Origin: an uncultured Gammaproteobacteria bacterium
GTDB lineage: Bacteria > Patescibacteriota > Microgenomatia > UBA8517
Assembly: GCA_964540475.1 (NCBI GenBank)
Contig: CAZIMC010000001.1
Coordinates: forward strand, 9,873 to 73,872
Direction: 5' to 3'
DNA length: 64,000 nucleotides
In this document: positions 57,632 through 64,000 of the stretch, in pieces
Layout of the letters: each line of letters begins with the position of its first letter
How positions within the stretch are numbered: position 1 is the first letter of the stretch
Program-made: the position numbers and the translations under genes
The notes under the pieces: model-generated
The model's database searches: none
The model's input: only the letters and a program-made list of their open reading frames with translations
What the model was told of the DNA's origin: nothing

Positions 57632-59104
57632 ATGGACCCAAACCAAAACCAGCCCGGGGGGGATAATCCACAACAACCAGCACAGACCAATCCACTTGAC
57701 GATTGGCACGCAAGAAATCAAAACCAAACTCCAGCATACAATAATGTCGATTACTGGAACCCAAACCCGACACAACAAACTGAAAGCCCAAATCCCTCGC
57801 AATCGCCATCCACTTTGCCACAAAGCTTTTCTCCCCCCACTCCCGAGGTAACACAGTCTCCCAACACAACTTCCCTTGGTACACAAACCTCTTCTCAAGA
57901 TAGTCCACAGGAGTATGGCCCCTCTGCCCCATCTGCCGACCCAGTAATGTCCTCGGCTTTTTCCGAACCATCCCAACCGACAAGTACCGCAGCAGCTAGC
58001 ATGACATCCACCCCTGAACCACAAACACCATTGGCCAATAACAGCGAAGTGCCAATTTCTACACAAGAAGCTTCCATTCCCCCAGCACCTGACACTCCGT
58101 CCAAACCTGCAGGATCCTCTAACACACTGATGATTATTATGGTTGTACTCGTAATTACACTTTTAGGATCTACAGGGCTACTTGCGTTTCAGAACTATCA
58201 ACTAAAACAGCAGGTAAATGGTAATAACATCACAGACCCATCACCCACAACTGATGCTGAAGAACCAGATCCAATGGCAAGCTGGAAAACATACTCAAAT
58301 CCCGCCCAAGGTTTTGAGATCAAGTATCCGGCAGATTGGCAGGAAAATAAACCTGCAACTGGATCTCCAGATTTGGTGTATCTAAATGCTCCACCACTCG
58401 AGGGAGATCTACGGTACTCAGTCTCAGTCTCAACAGTTAACAAGCTGCCAAATGTACCAACTCAGGAAGAGGTTATAAATGATCTCGGGTTTATGTACAC
58501 AACCGAAGCTCCCTCCCGGTCCGGCGCGCTAACCTACTACATAGCAAAAGGAAATACTTATCTTTCATTTTTGCTTCAGCCATATAACGAGGATACTCCC
58601 AACATGAATCAGGAAGCTTTAAAAGAAACATTTAAGTCAATGCTGGGAACATTTAAATTAATAAGTGCAAGCCCCTCGCCATCCCCCACCAGCACGACCG
58701 GTTGCCAGAATGGATTTAAAGAGTTCAAGAATGCTAACTTTAGCTTTTGCTATCCAGATGATATGAAAGCTGCTACAGGGAATACCGCCTCGGCTGTAGT
58801 ATTGGAAAATGATCGCGAGACACTAAGAGTAGTACAAAACTTCCAAGGTGGCTGGGGAGGTAGTGCCTGCCTTACAATCGACGCAGTAAAAATTGCCGAT
58901 TATCCTTCCAAGAGACTATCATGGAAAAGCGAAAAAACGGATGGATCCTGCGACAGTTCGTTTACCTCTTTTGCCAGCATGATAAACGAGGGCGTATTTA
59001 AGTTTCCTTATCCATACATGATTGAACTAAAAAGCAAGAGTGGTAATTTTGCCGCAAATTCCCGCTATCTAACCATCGAACAATCCTTCAAGCCGGCTAA
59101 ATAA
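57632..59104 (+). CDS. hypothetical protein: Gln/Pro/Thr/Ser-rich disordered N-terminal region, one TM helix, C-terminal globular domain
   Basis: The low-complexity segment runs about 170 aa. The TM helix is LMIIMVVLVITLLGSTGLLAF, followed by a domain starting WKTYSNPAQGFEIKYPADW. Confidence 0.4.
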   Translation: MDPNQNQPGGDNPQQPAQTNPLDDWHARNQNQTPAYNNVDYWNPNPTQQTESPNPSQSPSTLPQSFSPPTPEVTQSPNTTSLGTQTSSQDSPQEYGPSAPSADPVMSSAFSEPSQPTSTAAASMTSTPEPQTPLANNSEVPISTQEASIPPAPDTPSKPAGSSNTLMIIMVVLVITLLGSTGLLAFQNYQLKQQVNGNNITDPSPTTDAEEPDPMASWKTYSNPAQGFEIKYPADWQENKPATGSPDLVYLNAPPLEGDLRYSVSVSTVNKLPNVPTQEEVINDLGFMYTTEAPSRSGALTYYIAKGNTYLSFLLQPYNEDTPNMNQEALKETFKSMLGTFKLISASPSPSPTSTTGCQNGFKEFKNANFSFCYPDDMKAATGNTASAVVLENDRETLRVVQNFQGGWGGSACLTIDAVKIADYPSKRLSWKSEKTDGSCDSSFTSFASMINEGVFKFPYPYMIELKSKSGNFAANSRYLTIEQSFKPAK

Positions 59105-59105
59105 A

Positions 59106-60104
59106 ATGAACCCAAACAAACTTCAACAAGCTGCCCCACAGCCGGTTGTGTCTAATCAACAAGAACCAGTTAGTCAACAAAATCAAGTTTCCGAACCTTT
59201 ACAAACCCCACAACCAATTCAAACTGATCCACCCACTACACCTGTAACCCCGCCATCAAAATTTAAAAACTTGCTTTTTATACTTTTAGCAGTAGTGGTA
59301 GTTGCACTACTGGGAACAGGCGGGTATGTTGCGTATCAACGAGTTGCTAACAATAACCCACCTTCTCCTTCCCCCACACCCACTGAATCCCCCGACCCGA
59401 CAGCTGATTGGGAGACATATGTAAACGAAGAGGTGGGTTTTTCAATACAATATCCAAATAAGTGGCGGGAACTAGTTAGAGATATTGAGACATCTGGAAC
59501 CGGGCAAAGCTCAGAAATAGTAGTACTCACACCAGATCCTGCCAAATTTGATATGGGACAAATACAGGGTATTTTTATTACCGCAGTTGATAATTCTGAC
59601 AAAATCTCACCAAGAGATTATGCTCAAAGAGTTATCAACTACCAAAAGGGGTCACTTTGTTATGACACAATTGAAGTTTCCGAACTGAGCGAAGTTGTTG
59701 AGAATTTAGATGGTGTAATCTTAACGGGTTTGTGCGGAGTTTTATCCCAGGGTCCAATGTTAATAGCGTCAAACGGAGATTACATTGTTGCCTTAAGCTC
59801 AAGTTTTCACAAAGAAAACGAGATTTTCGGTGAATATGTATTTGTCAGTCATGAGCTGATAAACAATATATACTCCACCTTTCAGTTTCTTGATTCGACA
59901 ACGGGTTCTGTCAACTCAAATTCAGACACTGCATGTACAAACGCTGGTGGAACTTGGAATGAGACTTACAAAGAGTGTGGTGGGATAAATGAAGCGCAGT
60001 GTAAATCGATTGGTGGCACATTTGATGAGTGCGCTTCCCCTTGCAGGCACGACCCGAATGCAACACAGTGCATTCTAATGTGTGTACAAATCTGCAAACT
60101 TTAA
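59106..60104 (+). CDS. paralog of the upstream protein, with a Cys-rich C-terminal tail
   Basis: Same architecture: disordered region, TM helix, then a WETYVNEEVGFSIQYPNKW domain. It ends in an eight-Cys segment CTNAGGTWNETYKECGG...CKSIGGTFDECASPCRHD...CILMCVQIC. Confidence 0.4.
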   Translation: MNPNKLQQAAPQPVVSNQQEPVSQQNQVSEPLQTPQPIQTDPPTTPVTPPSKFKNLLFILLAVVVVALLGTGGYVAYQRVANNNPPSPSPTPTESPDPTADWETYVNEEVGFSIQYPNKWRELVRDIETSGTGQSSEIVVLTPDPAKFDMGQIQGIFITAVDNSDKISPRDYAQRVINYQKGSLCYDTIEVSELSEVVENLDGVILTGLCGVLSQGPMLIASNGDYIVALSSSFHKENEIFGEYVFVSHELINNIYSTFQFLDSTTGSVNSNSDTACTNAGGTWNETYKECGGINEAQCKSIGGTFDECASPCRHDPNATQCILMCVQICKL

Positions 60105-61096
60105 GCGTTCTTCCTGGCTATCACTTTCTTAACTGCTTCCGCGATGTGTTTTGAAGTTAAACCGTGCTTTTCAAATAGTTCGTGAACTTCCCCTGATTCC
60201 CCGAAAGTATCTTGCACTCCTATAAATTCAATTGGTACTGGATAATTTTTCGCTAGAGTTTCGGCTACTGCCCCCCCAAGCGCACCATTCACCTGATGCT
60301 CTTCTGCTGTTACAATCGCTCCTGTAGTTCTTGCTGCTCTAATAATTGTCTGCTCATCCAGTGGCTTAATAGCGTGGGAGTTTATAACCAAAACTTCAAT
60401 GCCATTTTTTCCGAGTTCTTTTGCTGCCAACAGCGCTTCGTAAACCATCAAGCCGCAAGAAATAATTGCAACCTGCGGATCCTTGCTCTCCCATAAAGTC
60501 TCTGCTCTTCCCACTTTAAAAGGAGAATCTTCTGTCGTAAAAACCGGACTTTCAGACCTTGGAAGGCGCATGTATGCAGGACCAGGCATTTTGGCAATCT
60601 CAATTGTTGCCTTTTTAGCTTCCTCGTAATCAGCAGGTACAACAACGGTCATATTAGGAAGTGCGCGCATTAGAGTAACGTCTTCAAGCCCTTGGTGTGT
60701 GACACCATAATGGCCAATGTTAAGGCCGGACTGTGCGCCTATTATTTTAACCGAATAATTATCTATGCAAATTGTGGTTCTAATCTGCTCCCAATTCCTC
60801 CCAGGAGAAAATATGCCGTATGAGGATACAAACGGAATCTTGCCGTAATTGGCCATACCCGAGGCAACTGTCACTAATGCTTGTTCTGCTACTCCCACTT
60901 CGATAAATCTTTCTGGGAAGCGGTCTGCAAATAAATTTACTCTTGTTGATTCCTTCAAATCCGCCGTTAAAACCACTACCTTTTCGTCCTTCTCCCCAGC
61001 AATAACTAGTCCTTCCCCAAACCCGTCACGGATTAATTTAACATCAATGTCCTTTTTAAATAATTTATCTGAGAGCTTTTGTTTACTATTCACCAT
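60101..61096 (-). CDS. transketolase, C-terminal (pyrimidine-binding) subunit
   Basis: A 331-aa Pyr-binding domain plus the C-terminal domain. Overlaps the upstream N-terminal subunit gene. Confidence 0.85.
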   Translation of the reverse strand: MVNSKQKLSDKLFKKDIDVKLIRDGFGEGLVIAGEKDEKVVVLTADLKESTRVNLFADRFPERFIEVGVAEQALVTVASGMANYGKIPFVSSYGIFSPGRNWEQIRTTICIDNYSVKIIGAQSGLNIGHYGVTHQGLEDVTLMRALPNMTVVVPADYEEAKKATIEIAKMPGPAYMRLPRSESPVFTTEDSPFKVGRAETLWESKDPQVAIISCGLMVYEALLAAKELGKNGIEVLVINSHAIKPLDEQTIIRAARTTGAIVTAEEHQVNGALGGAVAETLAKNYPVPIEFIGVQDTFGESGEVHELFEKHGLTSKHIAEAVKKVIARKNA

Positions 61097-61931
61097 AATT
61101 TTTGATTTTGCTTTGTAATGTTCTCAATTCCTTAATTGCTTCTTTAGCTTCTTCTTTTGATAAGGTTTTACTATGCCATTTGTAGTTATTTTCCATAAAA
61201 TCAATGCCTTTTCCCGGTGTGGTATGGGCAATAATAACTGTGGGGTTTTCAAAGATAGCCCTTGCTTTGTTTACAGCATCGATGACGGCCTGCAAATTAT
61301 GTCCGTCAATCTCTATTACACTCCAATTAAAGGCTTTGTACTTATCAGCAAGCGGCTCAAGAGGCATTACGTCTTCCGTGAATCCGTCAATTTGGATATT
61401 ATTCCGGTCCACTATCAAAGTTAAATTCGATAAATTATTTTTACCTGCGAAGGCAACAGCCTCCCAATGGTTACCTTCATTGTGCTCTCCGTCTGAGCAT
61501 ATGCAGAAAGTTCTGAAACGTTTCCCATCCATCCTGGCCGCATACGCAATGCCAGCAGCTTGTGCTAGTCCTGAACCCAAAGGTCCAGAAGTCGTTTCCA
61601 AAGCCGGCAAAAACCTTTTATCGGGGTGTCCTTGCAGAATGCTTCCCAAATGGCCAAATGTTTTTAACTCTTTGATGTCGAAATACCCGGCCTGGGCCAT
61701 AACCGCATATCTAGCAGGACATATGTGTCCGTTTGAAAGAATCAACCTGTCCCGCTCTTCCCAATCAGGCTTTTTCGGGTTGTGGTTTAAAACGCCAAAA
61801 TACAAAGCAGTTAATACCTCAACCATCCCAAGAGACCCCGCGGGATGCCCTGCTTTAGCACGAATAAGCATATCAAGAATATCCTGCCGCACCTTTATAG
61901 TAATTTTTTGAAGCTCGGAAATATCAACCAT
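61086..61931 (-). CDS. transketolase, N-terminal (TPP-binding) subunit
   Basis: GHPAGSLGMVE, the GDG ThDP motif (CSDGEHNEGNHWE), and a length of 281 aa. Confidence 0.85.
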   Translation of the reverse strand: MVDISELQKITIKVRQDILDMLIRAKAGHPAGSLGMVEVLTALYFGVLNHNPKKPDWEERDRLILSNGHICPARYAVMAQAGYFDIKELKTFGHLGSILQGHPDKRFLPALETTSGPLGSGLAQAAGIAYAARMDGKRFRTFCICSDGEHNEGNHWEAVAFAGKNNLSNLTLIVDRNNIQIDGFTEDVMPLEPLADKYKAFNWSVIEIDGHNLQAVIDAVNKARAIFENPTVIIAHTTPGKGIDFMENNYKWHSKTLSKEEAKEAIKELRTLQSKIKNYGE

Positions 61932-62551
61932 TACTTTTTAAAAGCTCTATCGATTCCTTTGGATTTGTCTTTACCGCGCTCTCTTAGCCTTAACTCAAAT
62001 TTAACAATTGCCCGCAAAACTTCTTCAGGTTTTTCTACAATCTCAAATACCGAAAGCTCATGTCTGTCTATATTCATGTTTTTCCTGAAAGCATCAATAA
62101 TTTCCGCCCAAAAGTGCCCGTACAAAATGAACGGTTTGTGCCTACCGTAATAGAGTTTAGCCAAAACCCAGGCAGTTCCAAATTCAGAAACTGTTCCAGA
62201 ACCACCCTTAAAAATCACAAACATATCGCCGTATTCAATAAGCTTAAACATGCGTTCAATATAGTTTGTTGTGACTATCTCATTGTCGGCAACATTTTTA
62301 ATATATTTACCTTCAAAACCCGGTGCATTATCTGGAGTAAATGTAACCGTTAGCGTTGCTCCTCCAGCCTCTTGGGCACCAGTTGTCGCGGCATGCATGA
62401 CCCCAGGCCCTCCTCCATCAACTATCATGTAACCGTTTTCTGCAAGAAGCTTGGCAGTTTCATAAGCTGCCGTATACGTGGGGTCGCTTTCCGGGATATT
62501 AGCATCTCCAAAAAAAGCAATATTTTTAATTTCTTTTGCGTCTAGATCCAT
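61931..62551 (-). CDS. LOG-family protein (cytokinin riboside 5'-monophosphate phosphoribohydrolase-like, TIGR00730)
   Basis: GGGPGVM and GGSGTVSE motifs. Confidence 0.75.
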   Translation of the reverse strand: MDLDAKEIKNIAFFGDANIPESDPTYTAAYETAKLLAENGYMIVDGGGPGVMHAATTGAQEAGGATLTVTFTPDNAPGFEGKYIKNVADNEIVTTNYIERMFKLIEYGDMFVIFKGGSGTVSEFGTAWVLAKLYYGRHKPFILYGHFWAEIIDAFRKNMNIDRHELSVFEIVEKPEEVLRAIVKFELRLRERGKDKSKGIDRAFKK

Positions 62552-62563
62552 GGCAGGCTTAAA

Positions 62564-63670
62564 TTAGTTTTGAAACGAGAGTGTCAACGGATCAGTTGGC
62601 GAGGTAATTGAAGCCCCCAAGGTTCTTCCGACTCTTACTACCTGTTCAACCAAACGGTTGGCATATCCCCATTCATTATCATACCATGCAAAAACCTTAA
62701 CCATATTCCCGGCAACCACTTGAGTTAAGCTTAAATCAACTATTGCCGATTCACTCCTTCCAATAATATCACTTGATACTAACGGCTCGTTTGAAACCGC
62801 AAGTATACTCTTATACAGTGGGTTTTCGGATGCATCGATAAATGCCTGGTTAATCTCTTCGACACTGACAATTTGCTTTTTAAGAACTAGTGTAAAGTCG
62901 GTAATTGAGCCTGTTGCTGTTGGAACTCTTATGGCCATACCATCAAAAAGCCCTTTTAGTTCAGGAATTGTTTCCGTCGTTGAGATTGCAGCACCCGTTG
63001 AGGTTGGGATAATATTCTCTGCAGCTGCTCTTGCGCGCCTTAAGTCTTTGTGAGAGTTGTCCTGCAAATTTTGATCGTCTGTGTAACTGTGAACTGTTGT
63101 CATCATTGCCTTTTCTATGCCGAATTTGGAATGTAAAACTGCAGCAACTGGTGCAACACAATTGGTTGTGCAGGAAGAGTTTGATAACACCTCGGCACCG
63201 CCCTCATAGTCGTTAACACCCAAAATAAATGTCCCCACATTGCCCCCTTTAACAGGTGCCGAAATAATTACTCTTTGAGCACCTCCTACTGCATGTTTTT
63301 TTGCATCCTCCTCAGTAACAAACTTACCAGTAGCCTCAATTACAACATCAACACCATACTTTCCCCAGGGTATTTTTGCTGGATCCTTTTGGGCCAAGAC
63401 CGGAATTTTTTTGTCATCGTATCTTAGATAACCAATTAGAGGATCATCGTCGATTACTTCATCCGGCTTTTTAACTTCTTCAGCCTTAACCGGCTTTTCA
63501 AACCTGCGGTACATTGTGTCGTTATTAACTAAATGGGCCCAACCAGAAGTATCCATCGAGCCAGAAGTGTTTATTGCAGCAAACTCTATATCCCCCGCGT
63601 GTTTAGCTACACCGATCCGAAACGCAATTCTTCCAATTCTGCCAAAACCATTAATGCCAATCTTTATCAT
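62564..63670 (-). CDS. gap: type I glyceraldehyde-3-phosphate dehydrogenase
   Basis: NGFGRIGR, the active site SSCTTNC, and WYDNEWGY. It carries a roughly 16-aa acidic insertion in the N-terminal domain and a 25-aa C-terminal extension. Confidence 0.9.
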   Translation of the reverse strand: MIKIGINGFGRIGRIAFRIGVAKHAGDIEFAAINTSGSMDTSGWAHLVNNDTMYRRFEKPVKAEEVKKPDEVIDDDPLIGYLRYDDKKIPVLAQKDPAKIPWGKYGVDVVIEATGKFVTEEDAKKHAVGGAQRVIISAPVKGGNVGTFILGVNDYEGGAEVLSNSSCTTNCVAPVAAVLHSKFGIEKAMMTTVHSYTDDQNLQDNSHKDLRRARAAAENIIPTSTGAAISTTETIPELKGLFDGMAIRVPTATGSITDFTLVLKKQIVSVEEINQAFIDASENPLYKSILAVSNEPLVSSDIIGRSESAIVDLSLTQVVAGNMVKVFAWYDNEWGYANRLVEQVVRVGRTLGASITSPTDPLTLSFQN

Positions 63671-63766
63671 TCCCTTATTATCTTACTACAATTTTAACTT
63701 CTGGTCAGTGATTTAATTGTTGCTAAAGTGTCTTTAATATATTATCAATAATATCCACACCAAATT

Positions 63767-64000
63767 ATGTTGTCTAAAAATCTAACCTGGCAAGACTACT
63801 CTGACACACCCTTGATTAATCCCCCCTTTCCTGATTGGATACTGGCAGACCCATCAGTACTTACTCCCAGTGAGTCACCTGACAAAACTTGGCACATGTT
63901 TGTTCATGGAATGTTCGGCCTCTACCATTACACATCAAAAACGGGACTGGTCTGGAAAAAACAGTCCAAAACAATTGTCAGGATGGGCTTTAGACCGTGG
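63767..64000 (+). CDS. glycosidase-like protein (GH130/GH43-like beta-propeller N-terminus), 3' partial at the window edge
   Basis: Translation MLSKNLTWQDYSDTPLINPPFPDWILADPSVLTPSESPDKTWHMFVHG... (ADPS...WHMF is typical of five-bladed-propeller glycosidases). The ORF is not closed within the window. Confidence 0.35.
   Translation, partial: MLSKNLTWQDYSDTPLINPPFPDWILADPSVLTPSESPDKTWHMFVHGMFGLYHYTSKTGLVWKKQSKTIVRMGFRPW

Noticed and set aside
57576-58066. Two overlapping minus-strand ORFs (135 and 153 aa, Cys/Trp/Gly-rich)
   Set aside because: They are antisense to the Pro/Gln/Thr-rich N-terminus of the 57632 gene. Their composition is the mirror image of CCN/CAR codons. They are spurious.
60101-61931. 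Split transketolase as a novelty
   Set aside because: Two-gene transketolases (separate N-terminal and C-terminal subunits) are well known in archaea and many small-genome bacteria. It is noted as a lineage clue only.

Overview
The window is a 64-kb stretch of a low-GC (about 40-43%) bacterial chromosome. It is gene-dense, with short intergenic regions and many overlapping start and stop codons. Several traits point to a small-genome, CPR/Patescibacteria-like organism; this is inference from gene content only. These traits are a split transketolase, a eukaryote-type class I FBP aldolase, an ATP-dependent DNA ligase, a class II (AdoCbl) ribonucleotide reductase with NrdR, sparse metabolism, and a tRNA-Ile with a UAU anticodon. 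The main blocks, left to right, are as follows.

(1) A serine-recombinase 3' fragment, tRNA-Glu, tRNA-Gln and a truncated GIY-YIG gene at the left edge.
(2) A trxA - Pro-rich ORF - trxB - dsbA-like operon.
(3) A copper locus. It comprises a divergent csoR-cupredoxin-copA operon with a palindromic operator, and a plus-strand set of thioredoxin-like and CxxC membrane proteins, a CcdA/DsbD-like permease fused to a cupredoxin, and copZ.
(4) A DNA-repair and housekeeping run (MGMT, pth, pcm, P2-type ATPase, ligase, Fic, NnrD, recF, fpg, FEN, ftsH, trpS).
(5) A tRNA-Met / initiator-like tRNA pair followed by a Xer-family integrase and a higher-GC cargo segment that ends at tRNA-Ile(UAU). The cargo encodes a protein with an R-S-E-type ADP-ribosyltransferase motif set, two small Cys-rich proteins and an atypical histidine-kinase-like ATPase.
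(6) An orphan VirD4/TrwB-like ATPase, a PduO adenosyltransferase, a DUF1653-NUDIX fusion, an atypical 91-nt tRNA, and nrdR-nrdJ.
(7) Two tandem class A PBPs, a beta-lactamase-like serine hydrolase, and central carbon genes (2-hydroxyacid dehydrogenase, PfkB kinase, class I aldolase, split transketolase, LOG, GAPDH).

I found no rRNA genes and no CRISPR arrays, and no sign of stop-codon recoding. I did not look for IS elements or transposase genes. All calls were made by eye from motifs in the supplied translations; none are database hits.
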